Source: Octopus bimaculoides (Eukaryota). Taken from it: a stretch of DNA of 64,000 nucleotides. Position numbers and translations under genes: made by a program. Positions 1 through 12,582 of the stretch are shown here, in pieces. The stretch is from contig NC_068985.1 in assembly GCF_001194135.2 (NCBI RefSeq), positions 43,018,293-43,082,292 on the forward strand, in the 5' to 3' direction. The notes beneath the pieces are model-generated. The model was not told the DNA's origin, did no database searches, and saw only the letters and a list, made by a program, of their open reading frames with translations. Each line of letters opens with the position of its first letter. Within the stretch, counting starts at the first letter, position 1.

Positions 1-280
1 ACACTTTCAACAGTATCAAACAGTTAAGATAACAAAAATAGACCATACAGCAACTGGCAACATTTTCCTCTGAAAGTAATATAGTCGTTATTGCTTCCCA
101 AGACATTGAAGATGTGTTAGATGGGGAAGTGGTTGTCATACAGAAAGAAAAATAGCTTTAATGAATATTCCTTATTAAAGAAAAAAAAACTGTTTATCAC
201 ATATTTAAGACTAAATGGTTTCTTTTTGAATTAATCAAGGAAGTCATTATATATGTAGTACTTCTGTCTGTTAGAAAATA

Positions 281-496
281 ATAATTCTATTGTAGGCACA
301 AGGTCTGAAATTTTGGGGGAAGTGAGCTAGTTGATTATATCGGCCCAGTACTCAACTGGTACTTATTTTATCGACCTGCAAAAGGATGAAAGGTAAAGTA
401 GATACGAGGGGCATTTGAACTTGGAACATAAAGCCAGAAGAAATTCCACAAAGCATTTTATCCAGCATGCTAACAATTCTGCCAGTTTACCACCTT
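281..496 (-). mobile_element. tRNA-derived SINE, family B (head GGCGGTGAGCTGGCAGAA, (ATT)n tail)
   Basis: B-box-like GAGTTCAAATTCC; matches many copies in the window. Confidence 0.75.
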
Positions 497-1638
497 AATA
501 ATAACAACAACAATTCTTTCTTTATTAGCCACAAGGACTGACAAAAATAAGATTGGACATTACAAAATATGAAGGACAAAGTAGGGTTACATAAAGTGTC
601 GTGTAAAAAGTCGATAACAATGAAAAATAAAACAAAGAAAATACCTAAAAGAGGTAAGCAACACTGGGCTACTCATGGAGACCCCACAAATAAGTCACAA
701 GTGCCCTGACCACTCAGGCAAGAGCCCTCTCCCCATCATTCTCTCTCTCTCAGCTTTGGAAACTCAAAAGTGCATGCTCAAAGTAAGCCCATTGACACAG
801 ACCATCTTCGTCACATTCATCCAACTTTCAACAAATTTGCTGGAAGTCAGCACTTCTCTCTTTCCTTTTCAGATGGTATCTAAAAAAGTTGATGAGGGGT
901 AGCCCTTACAGTCTAGACCACCACACAACTTCTTTTGCTATAACCACGAGACATGAAAATTGCCTACTCTTGCTGGCCAAAGGAAGGCGGTGGAACAAAT
1001 AATAATAATAATAAAGCTACCTTTATTATCATTATCATGGTCATAATTTGTTATTCTTCTGAGAGAAAAAAATAATGCAATGAGGAGAGATGTTTACTTT
1101 GAAAATAGTGCGGAAAAGGTTTCCACAGTGTTACAATGTACTTTCCCCTATAACAGGGGCTGTGAGGGACCAAAACAACACCTCCAATACTTGACAAACA
1201 CCTAAAAAAGAACATAATTAGAATTCCATCCTTAGTAATATACTGAGACTGATGAGATTGCTGATGGTGGTCTTAGTGGTAGTGATGATGGTGGTGGTAG
1301 TGGTGGTGACAGTGGTGGTAGTGGTGGTGACGGTAGTGATATTGGTGGTGTTGGTAATAAAAATAAATGGAGGGATACATACAATAATGATAATAACAGC
1401 AGTCTAATTTGCCCATTATTCAGCAAACCAGAGAAAAGGTCAAAGTGAAAACAGGAACCAAGGCAACTTCCAGCCTTCCATTTTTGACATACAATTAGAG
1501 AGGTCATCCAGCCTACACAACTACAACACACATGGGGAAAACTGTGACAGTGTGTCATGTTTGTGTAACATACACACACTCCAGCCTGCAGTCAGAGAAC
1601 AGTGAACACACTCTTACCTTCATTAGTCAGTGTCTGAG

Positions 1639-1672
<34 letters not shown>

Positions 1673-1904
1673 GGTCAGAAGTTGTCACAGTGAAATACCC
1701 AGGTCAAGTTACCACAATATTTGGGATTCACACAGAAAGGAATTAAACAAAAAAATGACAGAAAAGAAATTTTTCTCCTAGTTAGAAGCCAGTTATTAAT
1801 TATATCATTTGAATTCAGTGCAAAAAGACACAAAATGTTCTCTAATCTTAATGTGAAATGGCTTTATTAAAATAGACAAGACATATATTTACACACATCA
1901 TCAT

Positions 1905-2095
1905 CATCATTTAAAATCCATGTCTCATACTGGCATGGGTTGGCTGGTTTGACCTGAAGACTATGCCAAGCTCAAGTGTTTGCTGTGGCATGGTTTCTCC
2001 AGCTGGATGCCCTTCCTAACACCAACTACTTTACAGAGTGGACTGGATGCTTTTTATGTGGCACTAACACCAGTGAAGTCACTGAGTCACTTGCA
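1905..2095 (-). mobile_element. RTE-type 3' tail / RTE-tailed short retroposon
   Basis: GGAAGGGCATCCAGCTG motif and (GAT)n tail shared with 50740-51050. Confidence 0.7.
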
Positions 2096-2370
2096 ATATA
2101 GCAACCTTCAACTGATTGGGGAGTAGTAGTGTGAGGAGATGGCTCTCTGTCTGGTGATAAGAGGTTAGAGTATGATAGAGGGAAAGAAAAAGGTATCTTG
2201 CAGTAGAGAAGATACATTGCTACCTCAGTTGGAAAAAGAGAAAGAAGACAGAGAGAGATAAAATAAGATGGTGAAGATGTGTCATAGCATACCCTCAAGT
2301 TACAAGGTGTACATAAGTGAAGAGGTACAGAGAATTAGATAGAGTGGGCAGCAATGTTCATGATATACAT

Positions 2371-2452
<82 letters not shown>

Positions 2453-2456
<4 letters not shown>

Positions 2457-2850
2457 TTATCGTCATCATTTAATGTCCATTTTCCATGCTGGCATAGGTT
2501 GGATGATTTGACAGGAACGGGCCAGCTGAAAAGCTGCCCAGGCTCCTTATCTGTTTTACCATGATTTCTATGGCTGGATGCCCTTCCAAATGCCAATCAC
2601 TTCACAAAGTGTACTGGGTGCTTTTACACAGCACTGGCATGGGTGTTTTTGTATGTGGAACCAGCACCCACAACTCTACAAGACTGGGATTCCTCAGCTG
2701 AAGAGGGATGTAGGGGACATGCCTGTACGCAAGGACAACCACGATTTCACTTAGTTTGATGGGTCTTCTCAAGCACAGTAAATTGGCAGAAGTCTTTGTT
2801 CTCTTGCCATCCCCTCTGTGAGGCCCACTGTCTGAAGATCCTTACTCTTC
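2453..2850 (-). mobile_element. RTE-type 3' end fragment
   Basis: Same tail family, extending into the GLTE codons. Confidence 0.7.
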
Positions 2851-3280
2851 ACTTTGTCCCACAAGTTCCGTTCTTGAAACAAAGATAAGCTAAGAGAAGT
2901 AACTCATAGAGACAAGTTATATGTATTTGAACAACAAAGACAAAGAAGGGTATGTGAGGGTATACAAGATAGTTTCTTGATTTGTTGGAATTATTTTCAC
3001 ATCCAGAGAGGATAGACCAATTGCTTGGTGCAACAGGTACCAACTCCAAATGACAAAGGGAAATCGAGATATATCTACAAGAATATATCTTATGAAAATA
3101 ATTGCTTTTGGCATATTCATCATCTCTGTTGTTCAAATAAATGCAACTGGTCACTCTTAGTTATTTCTCTTAATTTATTTTCATTTCATTTATGCAAAAT
3201 TACCCCAGCCATAAATATGTTCATAACATTTTTGTTCATGTCTAAGGATCCCACCTGCTGAAAATGAGTTTTATAATTAT

Positions 3281-3320
3281 GGTGCTGATGACACCTATTA
3301 AGGTACAAACATGTGTCCAC
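3281..3320 (+). ncRNA. Degenerate type I hammerhead ribozyme motif (PLE-type)
   Basis: GTG CTGATGA C ACC-tattaa-GGT A [C]AAAC ATGT GTC CAC. Stem I GTG/CAC, stem II ACC/GGT, palindromic ACATGT at stem III, GUC triplet. The G12 position reads C. Confidence 0.6.
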
Positions 3321-3533
3321 AACTATTTTCTAGTCTTCAGACAATAAGACTGCCTTTTCCTTAATAACATGTTAATTTTGGAGAATTCTTAAGTCTTCAG
3401 ATTAACTTCCCTTTCCATTTGGAGTTGGTACTAATTGCCACCAATTATTCTACCCTCACTGGAACAGATAATTTCAATAAACCAATAATTTTTTCTTGTA
3501 TGTTATTTAATATGTCCTTGTTCATCTTTGCTG

Positions 3534-3571
<38 letters not shown>

Positions 3572-3576
<5 letters not shown>

Positions 3577-3808
3577 GTTTAGTGTTGACTGTTGGAAGAA
3601 AGAGTACTAGATACCATCTTAGATATTAGTAATACTTTTATTTTGGCTGAATCAGTCTCTTGTTACTCAGTTTTGCCTGTGGATGCACAGGGTCTTCAAG
3701 CAAGTTACAACTCTTGTGTGACTCAGTTGTAGCTTGCTTGAAGACCCTGTGGCATCCACATGTAAAATTTGGAGTAGCAAGAGACTAATTCAACCAAAAT
3801 AAATATAT
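3572..3808. mobile_element. PLE-like terminal repeat remnant: about 80-bp inverted arms, each a decayed hammerhead followed by AATAAA
   Basis: Arms about 3633-3711 and 3726-3808 around a 14-nt spacer. Each arm reads CTTGC TTGAAGA CCCTGT…ACA..(G/A)AAA…GTA (G/A)CAAG…AATAAA. Homologous to 29195-29391 and abuts (TA)n. Confidence 0.65.
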
Positions 3809-3821
3809 AGATATATTAGAA

Positions 3822-4980
3822 TCAGATTAGCTGAAATGCAATTTGGCTTTGTGCCAGGGAGAAGCACTACTGATGCTATATTTATAGTCGGGCAACTTCA
3901 GGAGAAATATTTGGCTAAGAATAAACCATTGTACTTGGTGTTTGTTAATGTGGAGAAAGCCTTTGACAGATTATCCTGCTGTGTGATATGGTGGGCTCTG
4001 AGGAAGCTAGGAGTAGACAAGTGACTTGTGAAAGCTGTACAAGTCAGGTACAGAAGTTCTGTCAATAAGGTGAGAATTAACCATGAGTACAGTGATGAAT
4101 TTTAGTGTACAGGTAAGGATTCATCAGGGTTCAGTTGTCAGTCCCATTCTATTCATCATTGTCCTCCAGGCCATAACAGAAGAAGTCAAGACCAGCTGTC
4201 CCTGGGAACTGTTATATACTGATGATTGTACTCTCATACTAGATTCTGTAACAAAACTAGAAAAAAAAATTCCAGATGTGAAAACAAAACCAAGAATTGA
4301 AGGGCCTTAAGGTTAACTTAGCAAAAACTAATGTTCTAGTAAGAAATTAGACAGGATCCTACCCCCATCAGGTAAATGGGCCTGCTCAGTATGTAAGAAA
4401 GGTGTAGGCAAGAATTGTATATGATGTACCCAATGCAAGCTATGGAAACACAAGAGGTGCAGTGAAATAATGGGAAAGTTATCAGAGAAAGTGTTTGTAC
4501 ATGGAAAATGCACAAGAGCCATAAAAACTACACATACTCAGGAAATCGATTTTCTCAAATGTCTCGGAAGCTCTTTAGAGGTAGTGGATAATTTCTGCAA
4601 CCTAGGGGACCTAATTAGCAGTGGGAGAGGATGTACCAAAAGTGTAATTGCTAGAATAAGAATATGATGGAGAAAATTCAGAGAGCTTTTACCTCTGCTG
4701 GCAACCAAAGATCTCTCTCTTCGAGTGAAAGGAAGATTGTATGATGCATGTGTATGAATAGCAATGCTACATGATCATGAGATGTGGGCCCTGTATGCAG
4801 AGGAATGCACCCAGTACACACTATAAAGTGTTTGGTGCTGAAAAAGATCATCCAGCCATATAAACCATGCCAAAACAACAATGGAGCCTGATGTGCCCCC
4901 TGGTCTTACCAGCTCTTCTTAAACTGTCCAACCCATGCCAGCATGAAAAATGGACATTGAATGACAACAATGATGATAAA
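3822..4980 (+). mobile_element. Decayed RTE-clade LINE fragment (RT region plus 3' tail)
   Basis: QFGFVPGRSTTDAIF, VEKAFDR, HQGSVVSPILF, LLYTDD, Cys-rich insert, FCNLGD; RTE-type 3' tail at 4815-4980. Confidence 0.85.
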
Positions 4981-5768
4981 TATATTCTTATGTGATGCGT
5001 TAACATACACATACACTATACTACTCAAGCACATACACACAAATACCAATTGTACATAATACGCACTATGTATGTATTCATATACGTATGTAGGTATTAA
5101 CTGCATACACATCTATACACACACTTACATACACTTGTTGCTCTTACAGCTCCCAAAAGAAACATGGAGAAAGGAAGGTCTTTTTCTACTTCCCCCCCCC
5201 CTCACTTTTACCAATTATCCAAAACATCAACAATGTACACAGTATCCCTTTCATCATTTCTGAAGCAATTACAAGTCAAACTTAAAGAAGAAAGTTATGA
5301 AATAAGAAAAATTAATTTGAACCAAAATAAAAGCGAAAACGAAGGTGGGGGAGAGAAACTGCATCTAATTTTTAATGTAAAACTGGTAAATATTTTATCT
5401 TTTACTTGTTTCAGTCACTGGACTGCAGTCACATTGGGGCAATACCTTAAAAGGTTTTAATCAAACAAATCAAACTCAGTACTTATGTTTTTAAGTCTAG
5501 TACTTATTCTATTGGTCTCTTTTGCAGAACAACTACAGTATGAGGACATAAACATACCAACACCAATTGTCAAGCAGTAGTGGAACACAACTACACTCAC
5601 TCACATATACACAACATTCTTCTTTCAGTTTCCATCTACCAAATCTACTCACAAGGCTCCTCTATAGAGTGCTATCATAATTCTACCCCCATGACCCATG
5701 AGTAATAGGTGGAGAAGATGGATTATTATTCTCATTATTATTATTTATTATTATAATTATGATTATTA

Positions 5769-5992
5769 AGGCGGTGAGCTGGTAGAATTGCTACTCACTA
5801 GGCAAAATGCTTAGCAGCCTTTCATCCATCTTGATGTTCTGAGTTCAAATTCCACTGAGGTCAAATTTGCTTTTCATTCTTTCAGGGTCAATGAAATAAG
5901 TACCAGTTGAATACTGGGATCGATGTAATTGACTTGCCCCCTTCTCTGAAATTGCCGGCCTTGTGCCAAAATTTGAAACCATTATTATTATT
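5769..5992 (+). mobile_element. SINE family B, full length, flanked by (ATT)n
   Basis: Head at 5769, B box, GTGCCAAAATTTGAAACC(ATT)n tail. Confidence 0.8.
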
Positions 5993-6301
5993 AGTAACTG
6001 AATATTTTATGCTATCAATTGGGGAAGGAAATCAGGTACATCTCATCTGAGGAGTAAAACTACTAAACAATTTGTCAGGAGACCCACCACCAACTCCACT
6101 TTACCCCACACATCAAAAGCATCAATGTAACGTGCTTAAAGTCTTATTATTTCCTATCACCTCTGTAGTTTTCTAGTATTTAAATGTATTTTAGTCCTAA
6201 TTTAAACAGTGTTGTATATAAAATATACTTTTTTAATTAATGATGAGCTGTCTAAAGCACATATATGCAAATTAAGCTAAACACCATGATAAAAGTTAAT
6301 T

Positions 6302-7010
6302 ACCATCACCATCATTTAACGTCCTTTGTCCATGGGTTGGACAGTTTGATTGGGCTGGCACGCTGGAAGTCTGATTTAACATGGTTTTCTATGGTTGGAT
6401 GCCCTTCCTAATGCCAAGCACTCTGAGAGTGTAATGGGTGCTTTTACATGCCACCAGCACAGGTGCCATTTGCGTGACACCGGTATCTGCCACAACTGCA
6501 ATTTTGCTCGACTTGATGGGTCTTCTTCTCAAGCATGACATAATGCTAAAGATCTGGGTCATTGCCTCTGTGAGACCCAACACTCGAAAGGAGCTCAGCC
6601 ACTTTGCCTCCATGAGGCCCGCTTGAAAGGAACTCAGCTACCGCACCTCTGTGAGGCCCAACACTTGAAAGGAACTCAGCCATTTGCCTCCATGAGGCCA
6701 ACACTCAAAAGGAACTCAGCCACTTTGCCTCCATGAGGCCCAACATTCAAAAAGGAACTCAGCCACTTTGCCTCCATGAGGCCCAAAGGAACTCAGCCAC
6801 TATGCTGAAGCCCAACGTCCATGAGGCCCAATGTTCAAAGGTTGATTCTTTACATACCACCAGCATGGGTGCACTTGGCTTGATGGGTCCACTTAAGCAG
6901 AGCATATCGCCAAAGGTCTCAGTCACTAGTCATTGCCTCGGTGAGGTTCAAAGTTCAAAGGTCATGTTTCACCACCTCATCCCCATGTTTTCCTGGGTTT
7001 ATCTCTACCA
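6302..7010 (-). mobile_element. RTE-type 3' end with an internal minisatellite expansion
   Basis: RTE tail 6302-6565, about 41-42-bp tandem units 6568-6835, and a further RTE 3' piece to about 7010. Confidence 0.7.
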
Positions 7011-8329
7011 CAGGTTCCCTCCAAATGATATATATATATATATACATATATACATATATATATATATCAGCTGAACACACTATGCTGCTAATTGTTAACC
7101 AATCCTCAGATAAGATGGGTATCAATATTTCTAAGGCTTCTTAATGTTTAAATTATTATTAAATATACAATAGGCTTAAGAAGCTGAATAGATAAGGCAC
7201 TGGACTACCAGTTCATATTCACATTGACTGCATTATTTCATTGTGTATTTTTACATTTAACACACTGCCAAATATGAGTAAACAAGCCTTCATGTTATAT
7301 CACCTGTCTGGCACTTTACTTACTGGAAGAGAGAGAAATTATTTCTCACCTACTATCATCCACAAAATTAGAGCTAATTCCTGGGCCTTTATGACCCTCA
7401 TAAGGTGGCTTTCTCAGCCATTTTTATATTTTATAAAATTATAAACCTTTAAAATAGGATTTTTTTCTTTTTACTTTGATTGCCAAAACTAAACAAAGAG
7501 GAGAGAAATAGTTTGTAGCTAATGATGTTTTGTGTTTGTTTTCAAAGAAATATCAATGTGGCTAAAATGGTTACGACCTAGAAAATATGTTGGGACAAAA
7601 ATCTAACTTATTGTATATTCAAGACCCAGACTACTGCTCTATTTTGTCCAAGAATCAGAACTGCACAGAGGACACCAGGCACTTAGAATTTAGCATTGTA
7701 CGAAATGCCCTCTGAAAATCAGAATAATAACAATAATAACCAACAAATAAGAACTAACAAAAAAACCCAATGGTTAGAAGCACAATTTCTTTAATATGTC
7801 ATAAGCATTGTTGCCAAAACTTCATTATATAAACCAGCAATTGTATTGAGTTTACCTGTAATTGTATTGAGAATAGCTGTAATTGTCTTGATTTAATCAA
7901 CATTAAATAAAGCAAACCAGAAAAATAGCTACTGAATAGCTTCAAAGTCCTGTTTCAAACAACTGAAATTTGTTAAACACTAAAGAAAAGAGAAAAAGAC
8001 AATAACAATGAAAAGAAAGGAAATTTTTTTTTTAAATTTGAATGTAACCAACATTTCTGTTTAACTGACAATGGTATAATCACAAGGTAGTCTAAGGTGA
8101 TGTTTGTCCCTGAGTTATATATATATTGTGAACAGCGATGGAAGCTGAAGAAACCTACAGCTACCTATTCTAGAACTTCTGTTGCCTTATTTAATAAGTT
8201 GCAGTGGTTAGAGAGTTTTAACTAATTGTCAGATTTAAATAAAAATAGAGTAATTAACTAAATGTTTTTTTCTATTAGATACTATGGAGCAACAATGGTA
8301 CTACCTATTTTTTGGCAATAGATGAAAAG

Positions 8330-9045
8330 ATACGCAAGCAGACAGAAGATAAGGCAGAGAGTGATGAAGATAAGGCAGAGAGTAATAAAGAGGAAGGCAA
8401 ACAGTGGTGAAGAGGATACGGCATGTAGCGAAGAAGATAAGGCAAAGAGAGGTGAAGATGAGACAAACAGTGAAATAAGAGGAAATTAAAGCAGACAATA
8501 AAAAAAATAAGGCAACAGTGAAGATGATGAAGACAGCAGCAAAGGGGAAGCTGAGGCAAACAGTGAAGATAAGGCAGACTGTGGTGTAGAGGCAATCAGT
8601 GGTGAAGATGAGGCAATCAATGGTGAAGAAGATGAGACAAAATCAGTAATGAAGATAAGGTAGTGATAAAGAAAATAAAATTGTAGTGAAGTAGATAAGG
8701 CAAAGATGAAGATACAGACAGACAGTGATGAAAAGATAAGGCAAAGATGAAGATACAGACAGACAGGGATGAAAAGATAAGGCAAAGATGAAGATACAGA
8801 CAGACAATGAGGAAAAGATAAGGCAAACAATGAAGAATATAAGGTAAATATAAGTGGAAACAATAAGGAAGACCGAGTTGAAGAAGAAACAGACAGACAG
8901 CGGTGCAGTAGATAAGACAGGCAGATATGAAAAAGGAAAATAAGCAAAAGAGTGATAAAAAGGACATTCAGGCAAACTTTGATGGAAAAGTAAACAAGAA
9001 AATAGCTGACAGAGTGATAAAAAATCAGTGAAAATTGATAGGTTC
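8330..9045 (+). repeat. Purine-rich degenerate minisatellite built on GATGAAGATAAGGCAAACAGT-like units
   Basis: Includes three near-perfect 41-bp units at about 8694-8826. Confidence 0.8.
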
Positions 9046-9750
9046 CCAACGAATATGAAGAAATGTGGTTATTATCTGAAACAATTAATATTGTAAGATC
9101 ACACCGACTGGAAGATATTACATTAACTTACAGTGAATAGTTTTTACCATGGATGAAGAGACTGTGCGATTAGGAGTCTTCTATACAGTCACTCTACCTG
9201 CTAGAAATAGCAGCCAAATTTCTTGAAAATCATCTTTTTTTCCCTTTTATCTTGTTTCAGACATTGGACTGCAACCATGCTGGAGCACTGTCTTGAAGGG
9301 TTTTCATCAAACAAATTGACCCCAGTACTTATTTTTAAAGTATGGTACTTATTCTATTGGTCCCTTTTGCCGGGCTGATAAGTTGTGGACACATAAACTA
9401 ACTGACACCAATTGTCAGGTGGTTAAGTTATACACGCACACACATATATATATATATCACATTGGACGTTATACATCATTGGTCACAATCCATCTTGCAT
9501 TCTTTTAGCCTTTGAATGATGCCACCCCATTGGATAGGCAAGCAAGCCAACATTCCCCATGAGTGGAAGGTTACTCTGTTGCAGGGTTATCCATTTACAG
9601 CTGAGTAGACTGAAACTGAGAAATTAAGTGTTTTATTCAAGAACACAATGTGTCACTCAGTCTGGAAATCAAACCCACAATCTTGCTATCATGAGCGCAA
9701 CACTTTGACCACTAGGCCACATGTCTTCACCATATATATATATATATATA

Positions 9751-9818
9751 NNNNNNNNNNNNNNNNNNNNNNNNNNNNNNNNNNNNNNNNNNNNNNNNNN
9801 NNNNNNNNNNNNNNNNNN
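9751..9818. other. Assembly gap
   Basis: Run of N flanked by (TA)n. Confidence 1.
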
Positions 9819-9849
9819 ACATATATATATATACATATATATAAATGGG

Positions 9850-11130
9850 CTGGTTATGCTGCACTGGTATAGGCCACAGTTACACTCTCATTTCGCTTGC
9901 CAGGTCTTCTCAAGCACAGCATATCTCCAAAGGTCTCAGTCACTTGCCATCGCCTTGGTGAAACCCAACGTTCAAAGGTCATGCTTCACCACCTCATCTC
10001 CTAGGTCTACCTCTTCCATAGGTTCCCTCTACTGCTAAGGTGTGACACTTTTTCACACAGCTGTCCTCATCCATACGCAACACATGACTGTACCAGTGCA
10101 GTCATCTCTCTTGCACACCACATCTTACGCTTAAGTCCAACTTTTCTCTCAGGGTGCTTACACTCTGTCATGTATGCACAGACATTACACATCCAGTGGA
10201 GCATATTAGCTTCATTCCTTGGACGCTTATGTTTCACTGCCATGTAGCATGGCTGTTCACACAAATGCATCATACAGTCCACCTTTTACTCTGAGCAAGG
10301 GGCTCTATGTCACCAGTAGAGGTAGGAGCCCTCTGAACTTTGACTATGCTATTCATATTCTAGCAGCTACACTCTAAGAGCATTCAGCCCCATTACTGAC
10401 TTGGTCACTTAGGTAACAGAAGCTATCAACTACTTGTAGTTCCCCCCCCCCCCGAAATGTAATGGAAGCTATTTTCTGCACATTTTCAGTGTTTATTGCT
10501 CATGAGCATTTGCCACACACAAAAACCATCTTCCCAGTTAGCCTTCTTTTGATATTGCTGCACCTCTTATGTGTCCATAGCTTACACTGGGTACATCTTA
10601 TGGGGTTTCTACCTACACCTTTTCTACAGACCAAGCAGGGTCATCTACCTGAAGGGATTTGTGGTTTGACTACCTTCCTACTTATTAAGACTTTGGTTTT
10701 TGCTAGATTGACTCTAAGTCCCTTCGATTCTAGACCTTGTTTCCACACCTGAAACTTCTCTAATTCTGATAGTGACTCAGCTGTTAGAGCAAGGTCATCA
10801 GTATAGAGAAGCTCCCAGGGGCATCCTGTCTTGAATTCCTCTGTTATTGCCTGGAGAACTATGATGAATAAGAGGGAGCTGAGAACTGATCCTTACCAGA
10901 AATATAGCATCAGTGGTGCTTTACCCTGGCACAAACTCAAACTGCATCTCATCTAAACTAATTCTCTCCCTAATTAGTTGGGCTATGACCCTCTCTGTGA
11001 CTTTCATTACCTGATCCAATAACTTGATACCTCTGTAATTATTCATATCTAATGCATCACCTTTACCTTTGTAGCAGTTGACTATGGTGCTGCTACACCA
11101 GTCATTGGGTATGACTACTTCATGTATCAC
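9850..11130 (-). mobile_element. Decayed RTE LINE 3' portion with an internal deletion
   Basis: NYRGIKLL, QF.FVPG, ELLYTDDL, C4HC3 Cys cluster and the RW.GHV region. Confidence 0.85.
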
Positions 11131-11219
11131 CTGATTAATTATACAGGTGATTAGATTATAGCCAATACTGCCAAGGCTTTGGTTGGCCTGAAGCTATAGT
11201 AGAAAACACTTGCATATAT

Positions 11220-11645
11220 ATACTCTTTTACTCTTTTACTTGTTTCAGTCTTTTGACTGTGGCCATGCTGGAGCACCGCCTTTTAGTCGAGCAAATCGAC
11301 CCCAGGACTTATTCTTTAGAAGCCTAGTACTTATTCTATCGATCTCTTTTGCCGAACCGCTAATTTACGGGGACATAAACACACCAGCATTGGTTGTCAA
11401 GCGATGTTGGGGGGACAAACACACACATACAAACATACACACACACATACATATATATATACATATATACGACGGGCTTCTTTCAGTTTCCGTCTACCAA
11501 ATCCACTCACAAGGCTTTGGTCAGCTTTGGTCGGCCCGAGGCTATATTAGAAGACACTTGCCCAAGATGCCGTGCAGTGGGACTGAACCCGGGACCATGT
11601 GGTTGGTAAGCTAGCTACTTACCACACAGCCACTCCTATGCCTAT
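11220..11645 (-). mobile_element. tRNA/CORE-like SINE, family A, young full-length copy
   Basis: Head AGGAGTGGCTGTGTGGTAAG, GGTTCAGTCCC box, CTTGGGCAAGTGTCTT core, internal (TA)/(TG) tract, TGACTGAAACAAGTAAAAG tail. CpGs retained. Confidence 0.85.
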
Positions 11646-11717
11646 ATATATATATATATATATTTATTTTTATTAAATGTGCTTCTTTTAGTTTCCATCT
11701 CTCAAATCTACTCAAAA

Positions 11718-12495
11718 NNNNNNNNNNNNNNNNNNNNNNNNNNNNNNNNNNNNNNNNNNNNNNNNNNNNNNNNNNNNNNNNNNNNNNNNNNNNNNNNNNN
11801 NNNNNNNNNNNNNNNNNNNNNNNNNNNNNNNNNNNNNNNNNNNNNNNNNNNNNNNNNNNNNNNNNNNNNNNNNNNNNNNNNNNNNNNNNNNNNNNNNNNN
11901 NNNNNNNNNNNNNNNNNNNNNNNNNNNNNNNNNNNNNNNNNNNNNNNNNNNNNNNNNNNNNNNNNNNNNNNNNNNNNNNNNNNNNNNNNNNNNNNNNNNN
12001 NNNNNNNNNNNNNNNNNNNNNNNNNNNNNNNNNNNNNNNNNNNNNNNNNNNNNNNNNNNNNNNNNNNNNNNNNNNNNNNNNNNNNNNNNNNNNNNNNNNN
12101 NNNNNNNNNNNNNNNNNNNNNNNNNNNNNNNNNNNNNNNNNNNNNNNNNNNNNNNNNNNNNNNNNNNNNNNNNNNNNNNNNNNNNNNNNNNNNNNNNNNN
12201 NNNNNNNNNNNNNNNNNNNNNNNNNNNNNNNNNNNNNNNNNNNNNNNNNNNNNNNNNNNNNNNNNNNNNNNNNNNNNNNNNNNNNNNNNNNNNNNNNNNN
12301 NNNNNNNNNNNNNNNNNNNNNNNNNNNNNNNNNNNNNNNNNNNNNNNNNNNNNNNNNNNNNNNNNNNNNNNNNNNNNNNNNNNNNNNNNNNNNNNNNNNN
12401 NNNNNNNNNNNNNNNNNNNNNNNNNNNNNNNNNNNNNNNNNNNNNNNNNNNNNNNNNNNNNNNNNNNNNNNNNNNNNNNNNNNNNNNNNNNNNNN
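11718..12495. other. Assembly gap
   Basis: Run of N. Confidence 1.
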
Positions 12496-12526
12496 TATAT
12501 ATATACACATATACACACATAAAACA

Positions 12527-12582
<56 letters not shown>

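Noticed and set aside
8301-9049. Several overlapping minus-strand ORFs up to 187 aa
   Set aside because: Low-complexity translations of a purine/pyrimidine minisatellite; no splice signals or protein similarity.
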